From Octopus sinensis (lineage: Eukaryota): a DNA stretch of 64,000 nucleotides. The position numbers and the translations under genes are program-made. Below are positions 37,590 to 49,170 of the stretch, piece after piece. The stretch's first letter is position 1. Each line of letters starts with the position of its first letter. The notes beneath the pieces were generated by a model. It had not been told where the DNA came from. It did no database searches and worked only from the letters and a program-made list of their open reading frames with translations. The DNA lies in assembly GCF_006345805.1 (NCBI RefSeq), contig NC_042999.1:154070001-154134000 (forward strand), in the 5' to 3' direction.

Positions 37590-37858
37590 ATAAGGAAAAA
37601 AAAAAATGACTTTATTCATACACATAGGCATATCGTGCACAGTTCTTGTTGCCATAGTATTCTAGTAAGAGCCACTAGTTCGCTGTCAGCTAGTTTAGTT
37701 GGGTAGGTGCTTCAAAGAGATTTAGCTTTCAATAGCTTGTTTCATCACAATATACAATGCTATCATGAAATGGAAACATTCAGTACAGGAAGCATCTGCA
37801 GTCATTTAAGCAGTAAAAAGATTGCAGCCAAAATCTCCAGCAAATGAGACATAGCGTT
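37590..37858 (-). other. Candidate terminal exon (short coding end plus 3'UTR)
   Basis: Acceptor TCTTTTCTTCTTTAAG| (weaker AAG); frames give NAMSHLLEILAAIFLLLK*, RYVSFAGDFGCNLFTA* or a Cys-rich 25-mer; AATAAA at 37616-37611. Confidence 0.3.
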
Positions 37859-38221
37859 CTTAAAGAAGAAAAGACACTTTCACTTATGCAGTTCTAGATA
37901 CATAAATACACTATGTCTAAAATCAAGGAAAAAAAAAAAAATTAACTGAAAGATGAAATGGTCACAGCTGGAATGTCTTCAATCATAATTCCTCTGAATG
38001 AAGGTTAACATGGATGAAACAGTAACAGCAACAACATCACTAACATTGAAATCTTAAATCACACAATACACAAATCACACATCTTACAAAAGGAAAGAAA
38101 CGAGAGCTAAAATGATGGATGATATATTTGCTTCCAGCATTTTGAAGGAGAAATCTCAGTCAAAACTAGCAACAGATTCATGCTGTATCTACAAAGAAGG
38201 ATATATTTCTCAACAAGAGAA

Positions 38222-38885
38222 GGCACATGGCTTAGTGGTTACGATAGTCACTTCACACTCCTAAGGTCAGGAGTTCAATTCCTTGCGGTGCATTACTTAA
38301 ACAATTACGACTTGTGTACTAATGACTCTTTGACTCATTACTCAATCCTGACCTGCTGTATCTGAACTAAGAATTTAAATATTCAATTCAATTCAATTTT
38401 TATTGGCTCAAAAAGCAAAAGCAAGGCCATGTAGGACAGTGAGTTATGTACAGGGAGGGTGGTCATACAAAGAGTTCAGACCATTTCTGGTCAAGAGAGA
38501 CTTTGAAGCGAGCGGTCGTCGGCATCTTCACTATCTCGTCCGGCAGTTTATTCTACAGATCCACAACCCGGAGGGAGAAAGCCCCTCTCCTTCGATTGAG
38601 ATGAAATCGTCGTAGATAGAGCTTTTCAGAGTGACCCCGCAGCCCACGCTCTGGAGCAGGAGTGAAGAACAGCTCTTTCGAGAGGTTACACTTTATTTTG
38701 TGTTTGCTTTGTTACAGTGACAAGCTTCACCCTGTGAAACTGAGGAGTAAATTTCACCGTTAAACAAAGGTAAAATGAGAGTTGTACCTGTATTTCAAAA
38801 GGCCAGCCTTGTCATACTCCATGTCATGCTGAATCCTCTTGAGAACTATGTTAAGGGTACATTTGTCTGTGGAGTGCTGTAACTG
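38222..38885 (+). mobile_element. SINE type D split by a templated insertion
   Basis: Head 38222-38290 (TGGCTTAGTGG, GGAGTTCAATTCC); tail GTTGTACCTGTATTTCAAAAGGCCAGCC resumes at about 38781. Confidence 0.65.
38384..38693 (-). mobile_element. CR1-clade LINE 3' fragment, second family, (TTGAA)n tail
   Basis: Translates ERGLRGHSEKLYLRRFHLNRRRGAFSLRVVDL*NKLPDEIVKMPTTARFKVSLDQKWSELFV*; TSD TATT at 38380-38383 and 38694-38697, confirmed by the empty paralog at 42236. Confidence 0.9.
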
Positions 38886-39064
38886 ACAGAGTGCCAATTA
38901 TTTTTCAACTGCTTCACACTACACACGTGAAAGAGTAAGCTCCTGCATATTCAAAATTGTACCAAGTACAAAGAAATTTGGTAATATTTGACATTCTAAG
39001 AAAGCAGTGGCACAAATTGGTATGGGTAATTATTTATTGAGGGAAGTCTATCAAGTCCAATTTA

Positions 39065-39355
39065 CGAGGTGCTGGCCGATGCCAGCGCCGCCTCGACTGG
39101 CTTCCATGCCGGTGGCACGTAAAATGCACCAATCCGACCGTGGCCGTTGCCAGCCTCGCCTGGCACCTGTGCAGGTGGCACGTAAAAAGCACCCACTACA
39201 CTCACGGAGTGGTTGGCATTAGGAAGGGCATCCAGCTGTAGAAACATTGCCAGATAAGACTGGAGCCGGGTGCAGCCTTCTGGCTTCCCAGATCCCCGGT
39301 CAAACCATCCAACCCATGCTAGCATGGAGAACGGACGTTAAACGATGACGATGAA
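39065..39355 (+). mobile_element. Type E repeat
   Basis: Conserved E block and GACGATG tail. Confidence 0.8.
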
Positions 39356-40118
39356 CAGATTTAACTGAGACACTCAGCACAGTCGAAACACCATGTAGTC
39401 TCAAAAGCTCTTACACATGTTATGAATACACATCATCTAAAGGATGTTCTCTGATGATGAAAAACAACAGTAATCAGATATTTACATTGAAATCTGCCAG
39501 AGTATATTAAGAATGAAAAGATATGTTATTCTTTTGTGAAGTCTTATATTGGAAGAAAATCAATAATGAGTGATAATTGATGCTGTAATTATTGCTTGAT
39601 TAGAGCAAGAAGTAGGGGTGGGGAAGTCACAAAGAACTTACATGCAACACATAGGAATAAAAAGAAAACAAAAGAAAGAAAGGAAGAATAAGAGCCAAAT
39701 CAGTCGACAAGAAAAGAAAATAATTATATCAAATGGCAGAAATCTAATGGTATGAGCGAAAGAAGTTAAAAGATCTGACGAATTACTGGATTCTGTCACG
39801 CAAGACTGAGAAATGGGTTGTATTGAAAGAAATAACATAGAAACCAGTTAAATATAACAACACAGCCACTGGATGTTGTGTGGTTGTAGATCGCATGCAA
39901 CACACAAACACACTGACTCAATGTGGGGCAGAGTAAAAATAGTTGTGATGCAATTAGATGCAACTAATGCAGTGATGTAAACATTGACTGATAATTTGGT
40001 TCCAATGATGTGAACAACCATCCTTGTTACGAAGAACTAAGCAAGAAGGGAGACGACAAGTAGGGTTGTTTCTCTTTACTTTTTTTTTTCTGCCTTTTTT
40101 TTTAAATTCTTACTGCAG

Positions 40119-40202
40119 GCTATTCCAATCTATGCTAGTATGTCTAGCAAATGGAATGAAATCGATACTGAAGCAAGTGGTTCAAAAATAAATACATCAT
40201 GA
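40119..40202 (+). CDS. Possible alternative terminal or poison exon, AIPIYASMSSKWNEIDTEASGSKINTS*
   Basis: Very strong acceptor TTTTTTTTTCTGCCTTTTTTTTTAAATTCTTACTGCAG|; frame 0 open for 27 codons. The same bases also form a - strand donor (GCA|GTAAGA), so strand is ambiguous. Confidence 0.3.
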   Translation, partial: AIPIYASMSSKWNEIDTEASGSKINTS

Positions 40203-42146
40203 TAACAATGTAAACTGAACGTCTTCAGAATAACGGTGCCCTACTTATTGGTTACTACTGGAAAGTAGCATTAAGCTCTTGAAAATCTGAAAGCAATAAC
40301 TAGCACCATTAACCACTGCATGGCAGAATTACCATATGGTCTTCAGCTAGGTCAGAGCAGGGCAGAGTTGGAACAAGCGTTCTGCTGATCAAACCAAGCC
40401 ATTCAACCAATTATCAATTTGTCTTAGACAAGGGGCAAGTATGGCTGTGTAGATAAGAACTTCATTTCCTCGTCATGTGACTACTGGTTCAGTCCCTCTG
40501 TGCAGCGCCTATAGCAAATGTCTTGTACTGTAGCACTGCAAGTGAATTTGGTCAACAGCAGCCAAAAGGCCAACATGCGTATCAGTGTACACCTGTGACT
40601 ATATATATTTCCTGACACTCCATTGGTTATGACCAGGGTCGTGGAGTCAAAACAAAAGACGTTCCTCGAAGGGGTACGGAACCAGCATGATGCAGCAGGG
40701 GTAAACTAGCATATGCTGTTGGGCCCCGCTGCTGATGTTGGGGGTTGTGTTCTATGTCTTGACCTGAGCATAGGAGAGGGTTCCCCTCTTTGAGCTGGGA
40801 AAGGAATGGAATTCTTGGTGTGTGTCTTGTTGTAGCTACTCCCTCCTATGGGGAATTTAGACCTTGGTAAAAAAAATTTTTTTAAATGACTATGGAGTAA
40901 AATTGGAAGCAAAGGAGTCCATAGGCAAAAAATTATTCTACTATTCATACCACTGACTCCGACTCCTCTATGTAATTAAGTAATTGTGGTCTACATATCT
41001 GATAAAGCATATGTTTGTACTTTGAGTAGACCTATATGTTATAACTGGTTTATATTAAAGAATAAAGATATTGTGAGTCAGAGTCAGTATAGTTTTATCG
41101 ACTCCGACTCCAGCAACAAAGTGATTTGGCTGTCTGGATACAGAACAATAAATGCTTTAATGATGTATTCCTCTAATCCATGCTTTCAAGGGGAAAATAG
41201 ATGTTAGAGGCAAATGAACATGATCAACCCATTATTTATATTGGCCTAAATATTCAACTTTTATATTCAAACTGGCCAGCTCTGACTTCTCATACTCATT
41301 CTACAATGTCATTCGCTTGAACAATTACATCACTAAAATCTCAAAATTAGAAGATAATGCATAATTAATTCAAAACAATGTAAATAAACATTACATATGA
41401 TAGATAGAAAAAAAAGGTTTAATCAAAGCTAAGCTACACAGCAGTAACAGTTAAACTATTGACAAGTCCACATTACTTTCATTTTCTCTTGTAACATTAC
41501 TCAAAACTTATGATTGATATCCTTGAGAAAAGTTCCAATATCAAACACCTTGGTTGTCTTTAGCAGAGGTCCTTCTGATGTAAGAATAGAGGCTAGGTCT
41601 CCATTTTGAGCGCATCTTCCTCCCCCCACCACCTTCACAGCCCACTATTATTGGAAGTCCTGTAAAGGGTCATGAACACTTCTGCCCCTCGAAAGAGAAA
41701 AAAAAATTTTTTAATCATTCTTTTCTTAGAAATGTAAAACCTGGGGAGTATTTATATTGTTTGACATGTAGGAAATAGTAGCCAAATTCCTTAGATCACA
41801 TACTATTATCTAAAAAAAGGTCACACTGAATAAGGTCATCCTTGATTTACCATGTCTAAAAGAAAGAAAGACGAAAGCAGTGGGTAGTCATAATTCTATT
41901 GGATCACAATTGATATTGTACTAAGCAGTCACAACAACCTGAAGCCTATTCAGACATCAGCAATAATGGAGAAACTTTGAAATAAATAATCACAAATTAC
42001 TGATGTAATGTTATTCAGTTCCAAAGTATTGACACATCTACATTAATATTGAATTCAATATAAATTGTGTAAACTATTGTCAGACAAACAACACCTTCTT
42101 GGCTTCAAGTCCTGGTGGAACAGAAACAGAATTTCTTGTTTAGATT

Positions 42147-42386
42147 TGCTTAAGCAATTACAACGGCTTGTGTATTAATGACCCTTTGACTCATTACTCA
42201 ATCCTGACCTGCTCTATCTGAACTAAGAATTTAAATATTTTGTGTTTACTTTGTTACAGTGACAAGCTTCAACCTGCGAAACTGAGGAGCAAAGTTCACC
42301 GTTAAGCAGAAGAACAACATTAATGGAAGAGAAATGATGGAAAATCATCCCTGTGTCACAGGTTCAAATCCAGTTATAACATGTAG
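42147..42386 (+). other. Uninterrupted paralog of the 38293-38769 segment, with an exon-like unit at 42260-42386
   Basis: 55/56 identity in the block before the CR1 site; acceptor TTTACTTTGTTACAG|, open frame DKLQPAKLRSKVHR*, donor TAG|GTAAGA. Confidence 0.45.
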
Positions 42387-42411
42387 GTAAGACACTAATG
42401 TATGAAACAAT

Positions 42412-42643
42412 TTAACAACCCTTTAGAATTCAGATCATTCTGTCAAATGTAATGCTTATCTATTCACAATGCTTTGAATTAATCATGCAAAGACATCGTA
42501 GCATTAACATTTTGAGGATGTAGTTGCTTATTCTTAGAATGACATTGTAGGATAAGTGTGCAAAGCCAGATCCGGCCAGTTTGAACAGAGACCAGGTTAA
42601 ATATTTGTGCCAGATATGGCTGGTTTAAATGCTAAAGGGTTAA
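42412..42643. mobile_element. piggyBac-type MITE family 2
   Basis: Ends GGTTTAAATGCTAAAGGGTTAA; inverted homolog of 7570-7797. Confidence 0.7.
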
Positions 42644-42861
42644 AATATGTAAAAAGCACCATCTGAATGTGGTTGATGCCAGGTCTGCCTGACTGGCCCT
42701 CATGCCAGTGGCACATAAAAAGCACCATCCAAATGTGGCTAATACTAGAGCCCACAGACTGGCTCCCGTGCCAGCGGCACGTAAAAAGCACTATCTGAAT
42801 GTGATCGATGCCAGGCCCATGTGACTGGTTCTTGTGCCAGTGGCATGTAAAAAGCACCCAC

Positions 42862-42965
42862 AATACAAATACTGTCCAAGCTTTCCTATCATTAATAAAC
42901 TCGCTTGCCTCTCTCACTCCAACACCTCTAACCACAAAAGCTTTTCTCACTCCATCCATCCACAC
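42862..42965 (-). pseudogene. RTE-type ORF2 extreme C-terminal fragment
   Basis: WMDGVRKAFVVRGVGVREASEFINDRKAW resembles the RTE end motif W.D.V...L...G....A.....DR..W. Confidence 0.55.
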
Positions 42966-45202
42966 AAACCATGTATGTTAAAAAATCTTGCTGTATTATT
43001 ATAATTAAATAACATCAAGAATTGAATTAAATTAAAATACTTTGTGTATTGTGGAAATATAAGTAATTTATTGCACATAAGTTTTAACAAAATTTCATGT
43101 GGTCCCCAGTCGAGAGACACTGATTTACATTCTAGAAATGAGGTTATCAGCATAATGACTTGTAAATACACAGATTTCAGTAAAAGAAAAATTATGATCA
43201 TCATCATTTAATGCTAGCATGGGTGGGGCAGTTTCACAAGAGCCAGCCTGGCAGAAGCTTGCACCAGACTTCTGTGACTGTTTTGGCAGGATTTTTACAG
43301 ACGGATGTCCTTCCTAACACCAACCACTCAGAGTGAAGCTCAACCAAAACAAAATGAAAACATTTTGACTGTTTTCTCAGATTAGATGTGAAATAAACTA
43401 TTTTATGTTGAAATAATGAGAAAAATCACCTCATTCCCTTGATCTCAATTTCATATTTATTCACAGTACACTGCCCTTGTTGCCCTCAGCATTTTCAAAT
43501 ACTACTCCCTTTATATGTATTCACTATTTCTACTGTACCCTCCAACAGTTAATCTCTTAAGACATTTCATCCCCTTTTCAGCACTTGCATAGCTTTTTCC
43601 ATAGCCATGGAGGGAGAAGCGATATAGTACTTTAAAAATATGCAACATTAAAAATATAGATATGACCCCTGTCCCTCAAGGTTTTTATGCACTTGCTATT
43701 ACAAAAGCTACCTATTCCTGCCCTAGACACTCAGGCTTGAGTTACAAGTAGTAACTTTTTGTAATGCTCATACCCGTCAGTACAACAAACTGTCTGCAGT
43801 GTTATTCCTCAGCTCCATGGGTAAGAAACAGAATAAGGCTGGTGGTAGAGAAAACCCTGCAAAATGACATTTATCACAAAACTAAGTATGACTAAGCCAT
43901 GGTTGGTGAGACCACTTTATGTGTCACCTGTCGAACAAGTTATTGTCTGCATTCACATTTGATTATTTTTATCAAAATTATCTCTGGTACTACAAGTATT
44001 GTCGTTAATTTTATGTGTGGTATGTGTGTATGTAAATGCAGAACTGTTTCAAATGAAAAGGCAGTGTTCAATTCATGTTGTAAAACCATATGTACTTATT
44101 AAAGTACATATATACGTATACATGTAATATAATCTTATATGTGTGAGTGTGAACATACATCATATGTGTGTATGCGTGCGATTGTACTACATATATATCA
44201 TACCAGCATGGAAAACAGACGTTAAATAATGATGGGAGCTTTTATTTTTTTATTTGTTTCAGTTTTGGACTGTGGCCATGCTGGGGCACCACATCGAAAA
44301 ATTTTAGTCGAATGAATCAACCCCAGTGCATGATTTTTTTTTAAGCATGCTATTTATTCTATCAGTCTCTTTTGCCAAACTGCTAAGTTACAGGGAAGTA
44401 AGTACACCAACACTAGTTGTCAAGCAGAGGTGGAGGAGAAACACAAAGACAAACACACACAATGGGCTTCATTCAGTTTCCCTCTACCAAATCCACAAAG
44501 CAATAGTAGGAGATGGTTGCCCAAGGTGCCACGCAGTCCTTTACCAAACCCACTCCCAAGGCCTTGGATGGCCTGTGGTCATAGTAGAAGATGCTTACCT
44601 ACAAGGTGGCATGCAGTGGGACTCAACCTGGAACAAGGTGGTTAGGGAGCAAAACCCTTACCAGAGAGAGAGAGAGAGAGAGAGAGGGAGAAAGAAAGAG
44701 AACAAGCAAGCGAGAAAGACTATGTGTTGCTGATTTGAAATTTACTACTGACAAATGTCAATACTGAACAGAGCAATTTCAAATATTTAGTTATATACAT
44801 TACTCTTTTGTTCAGTATGAATTTACAAAAAAAAAAAAAAAAAAAGCAATGTGGTTTAAAAACCTATTTATTTTACTAAAATCTAAAAGTCTTATTGCTT
44901 GATATCCTTAATCTCTTTTCGTACATAGTTCTTCTTTGTTGGTAACCAGCCTATCAATAGGTCAGCTTACCAACTTAACTAGTTTACAATAACCTATTGA
45001 AGAGCTGTAACCAAAGGCAGGAGGTGTTCTACTTTCTCACCCCAGGAATAATTTTATCACAAACTGTCCCCTACCATCTGGTAACCTTAATACTTACTTT
45101 ACGGTTAGAATTTTATTAAAATGGTTTATTAAAGTAAATGTTCAGTTTACATAGCAGATTAAGCAGATGCTTAGAATAGGGTAAATGTTTATTATTCATC
45201 TT

Positions 45203-45575
45203 TGATAATAAGAATAATAATGAAATTATTGTATACAGTGCTCAGGTGCACCACAACTTGTCAGAAGTGTGTATAAAGCATATACAGAAGTGTGTATAAA
45301 GCATATGCAGTAATGTCTGGGAAGTGAACAGTGTATGAGTCAGATACATGCTTGCATGTGTATGGAGGGGAGAAAATCAGGTGTAGTGTTGGCGAATCTC
45401 AGGAAGCATGGAAGTTTTGAAGGATGCAGTGCTCCAACAACTAACAACTGATGCTGGCAGTTTGTTCCATACTTCAGCAACTCTTAGTGTGAAAAAATAT
45501 TTCCGAAAGTCATGAGAGCTGTGCAGTTTTCTGACTTTGTAAAGATGTCCACGGGTGTTAGACAGATGGAGTTGG
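45203..45575 (-). mobile_element. CR1 LINE 3' fragment, same family as 11947-12507
   Basis: LSNTRGHLYKVRKLHSSHDFRKYFFTLRVAEVWNKLPASVVSCWSTASFKTSMLPEIRQHYT*; 3'UTR has a 23-bp tandem duplication. Confidence 0.9.
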
Positions 45576-46367
45576 CTTTGTTGATGTTGACTTCGTTGAC
45601 TTTTAAAGTAAAAAATCAAAACAGCAATGTGACAGTAGTAGTGGTGGTGGTGGTGACAACTTCAGATCAGAATCTTGACAGAGCAAAACCGACAAAGATG
45701 TTGCATACCCCACCATCATCATCCCATCTTCAATGATTTCAGTGTCCACTTTTCCATATTCGCATGGATCAGATGGAATTTGTTGAGGCAGATTTTCCAT
45801 GGTCTACCTGTCACTAACCCTCACCTGTCTCCAAGCAAAGGAGTATTTCCCCAAGTGCACACAGGATTTTCATGGAAAACTGGAAACAAATAACATTGCT
45901 CATATGATGTCCATGTTTGTTTTACAACTACATGATATCTGGATAAAGTCACAAACAAACACACGTGTGTGTGTGTGTGTACATATATAGGTGCAGGAGT
46001 TGTGTGGTACGTAGCTTGCTTACCAACCACATGGTTCCAGGTTCAGTCCTGCTGCATGGCACCTTGGGTAAGTGTCTTCTACTATAGCCTCGGGTCAACC
46101 AAAGCCTTGTGAGTGGATTTGGTAGATAGAAAGTGAAAGAAGCCCATCATATATATATGTATATATTTGTGTGTGTGTTTATCCCCACAACATCGCTTAA
46201 CAACCAATGTTGATGTGTTTACATCCCCGAAACTTAGCGGTTCAGCAAAAGAGACTGATAGAGTAAGTACTAGGCTTACAAAAGAATAAGTCCTGGGGCC
46301 GATTCGTTCAACTAAAGGCAGTGCTCCAACATGGATGCAGTCAAATGACAAACAAATGAAAGAATAA

Positions 46368-46404
<37 letters not shown>

Positions 46405-47460
46405 GATGCATGTTCATAGAAAGTTTTGTTGAGGACAGGACACCTCTCTGATGCTGATGCCATGAAGAAAGAAAACACAAAACACCCAGTGTTATCTGTG
46501 AAGTTGTTAGTGAGAAGAAAGGTAACTAGTTGCAGAAATCAAGCATGAAACCAAAAATGAAATGTAAATGAGATGCAGTCCCCTAACCCATCTAGTGGGG
46601 CAGTACTCCTAAATTAGGGCTAATTCTAGTCATGAAAACTTGGTCAACCCAGGCCTACATAGAAAACAGACATAAAATAATGACGAGGGTGATAAAAAGA
46701 AGACAACCAAAACAAATACATTTTGTGCAATTAATTATTAATTTCTTCAAATTAGATGTAGACATGGCTGTGTGATTAAAAAGCTCCCTTTGCAACCAGA
46801 TGGTTTTGGAATTAGTCCCATTGTGCAGCATCTATAGCCCTGGGCTGACTAATGTCCTGTAAGTCAGTAGACAGAAACTGTGTGTATGTGTGTGACTACC
46901 ACCACTTGTCAACACTGATGTTGGTTTGTTTACATCCCCACAACTTAGCAGTTCAGCAAAAGAAACCAATAGAATAAGTACAAGACTTAAGTGAGTGACA
47001 TTGATTTTACCAACTAAGCCCATCAGAGTGGTGCCCCAGAAGGGCCATGGTCCAATGATTGAAACAAGCTGAAGGTAGAAGATAAATTATATCCCCTCTT
47101 CCTCTGAAAGTTGCTAACATTTACCATGAGATTATATTTCCTTTCTCTGATTAAAAGGCAGAGTTCAGCTAAGAGGTCTTTGTCTTGCAAGCTCCTTGGC
47201 AAACCTGGAGGGGCAGGTGGCACATAAAAAGCACCTGGTAGTTTCTGTAAAGTGATAGGCATTAGGAAAGGCATCCAGCTGAAGAAACCATGCCAAAACA
47301 GACAATTGGAGCCTAACACAGCTCTCTAGTCAAAAGGCCCAACCCATGCCAACATAGAAAACGGATGATGATGATGATGATGAGATTTGGCATATATCTA
47401 TCAACACACCACCGCCTACTTGAATTGTCTAAATTTTACACCACCGCTGACTTATTTCAG

Positions 47461-47562
47461 CAATTTGTCTGGGCTAGTTTTCTTTATTCTAACAAAGTAA
47501 ATCTAGTTCATTTCTTGTTCAAATCATTAAATATAAAATAACTAACCTTGTTATGTGTACAG
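47461..47562 (+). other. Candidate non-coding exon
   Basis: GCTGACTTATTTCAG| acceptor and CAG|GTAGGT donor; stops in all three frames. Confidence 0.3.
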
Positions 47563-47671
47563 GTAGGTGAATCTAGCTTTTAACAATATAAATATTTGCT
47601 CAGACTACTAAAGCGATAAATAGAACGTTTTTTTTTTTGTCTTTCCTTTTCTTTTTCCTGCTTGCAAACAG

Positions 47672-47745
47672 GAGAGAAACATTGGAAACAAACTGCAATG
47701 TGTCTTTAACATTTCTTCACCTGTAACTTCCTCAGCAGACAATAG
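47672..47745 (+). CDS. Candidate 74-nt exon; frame 0 ERNIGNKLQCVFNISSPVTSSADN, phase 0-2
   Basis: About 30-nt polypyrimidine tract plus AAACAG| acceptor; TAG|GTAAAT donor; only frame 0 is open, compatible with exon 5352-5465. May instead be UTR. Confidence 0.45.
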
Positions 47746-47982
47746 GTAAATATAAAGCCTAATTGGAAATGACTAGAAAGGTGACTGTAAGAAGGAAAAA
47801 AATTCCACATGTTAGACAGTGACATGAAGGCTGTTGACAAAAGAATAGATTCCTTTATAGCCACACACATTGCTATTATGTTAAACTGTCATATGTCCAA
47901 ATTTGGCCACATGCGTTTTTTTTCCAATATTTAATTTTGCTTGCGATAGCAGGTTCTTTTGGTTAATTTATTGCATCTCCAG

Positions 47983-48039
47983 CTGCTTCAGACGAAAATT
48001 ATCAAAGTGTAGTACAACGGTTTAGCATTTTTCCAAAGT
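47983..48039 (+). CDS. Candidate 57-nt symmetric phase-1 exon, ASDENYQSVVQRFSIFPK
   Basis: TTAATTTATTGCATCTCCAG| acceptor; AGT|GTAAGT donor; only the phase-1 frame is open. Confidence 0.4.
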
Positions 48040-48124
48040 GTAAGTTTTGCAAAAGTATTTCTGACTAAAAATATCATACATGCATGGAGTTAGGATTTTA
48101 CGCACCCAACAAAGTATTACTGCA

Positions 48125-48350
48125 GCGTGGAAGGTGTTTATAAGCCATTTAAGAAACACACAAAAACCGTTAGATTCACTTCAACATTTAAATTTAATTT
48201 GTCGAAATATTTTCGTCGCTTTGAAACCACGACCTGTTCATTGACAAGACTTCGTGCTGCATCTCATTGTTTTCTCAATTGTTTTCGTTCCAGCACACGA
48301 TCTCAGATCAGGTCACTTGCTATGCAAGTACATCTCCAAAGTATTATTGT
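48125..48350 (-). mobile_element. Probable Penelope-type repeat with a variant-core hammerhead-like fold
   Basis: Reverse strand TTGTC-A-ATGAACA-G-GTCG(TGGTTTCAAAG)CGAC-GAAA-ATATTTC-GACAA at 48199-48247. Confidence 0.4.
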
Positions 48351-48940
48351 TAAGCTGAAACTTTTGCTAATGTAAAAAGAAATGGAATGGTGAAACTACT
48401 TTTTCATTTTCTGGAAAAGCAGGGTTTTGGACTTACAACACTTTTGCATAATAGCAATGAAGTACAATAAAAATAAAAGAGGGGGATTAATTTCTAAAGG
48501 TTTTTTTTTTAAGGTAAAAACAGGCTTTATAGAACCTATATGCCATAGTAAGGAAAGTCAACCTAATCATCGAGAACAATCAAATTGTATGGTTTCTATT
48601 AACTAATCAACATAATCAGATTACATTGCTATGTAATTAAATGTTGGTGTCTTAAAAACTAAATCAGTTCTACTACAAATATTAATGGTTCATTACACGA
48701 TAAGCAATTAGTAAATAATAATAACCAGGTATCGAGGTTTCTCTCCACTTGAAGGTTACACATTTTATATTCATCAGGGCAGATTAACATTGAAAACACG
48801 TTCTTGTTGAGTTAAATATGGTTGAGTCCGACTAACACTCTGCCGGTTACAACAAAAGTTCCATTTGATGCAACCAATGGGACAGCCTGCTCATGAGATT
48901 AATGTGCAAGTGGCAGAGCACTCTACAGACATACATACCT

Positions 48941-49170
48941 TTAACCCTTTTGACACCAACCCGGATGAAACTGCCTCTTGCTCTGTAGTACAAATGTCTT
49001 GTTTTCATAAGTTTCGAATTAGAATCTTCCACCAAACCTTAGTTATAATTTATGTTCCTAACACTAGCTTAATGATAACTAAGTTATTTTACTAAATTCT
49101 TTGTTATATTCAAAATTAATTGAAAGAAACACAGATCACCTCAAAATAAATACAGTAACGAAAGGGTTAA
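48941..49170. mobile_element. piggyBac-type MITE family 1
   Basis: TTAACCCTTT...AAAGGGTTAA; inserted at the TTAA of a type C/D SINE tail. Confidence 0.85.

Noticed and set aside
38222-38290. tRNA gene
   Set aside because: A/B boxes present, but D and anticodon stems do not pair; matches the SINE D head.
39370-39412. Hammerhead 3' half (AGTC-GAAA-C-ACCAT-G-TA)
   Set aside because: The CUGANGA core is absent; too degenerate to call.
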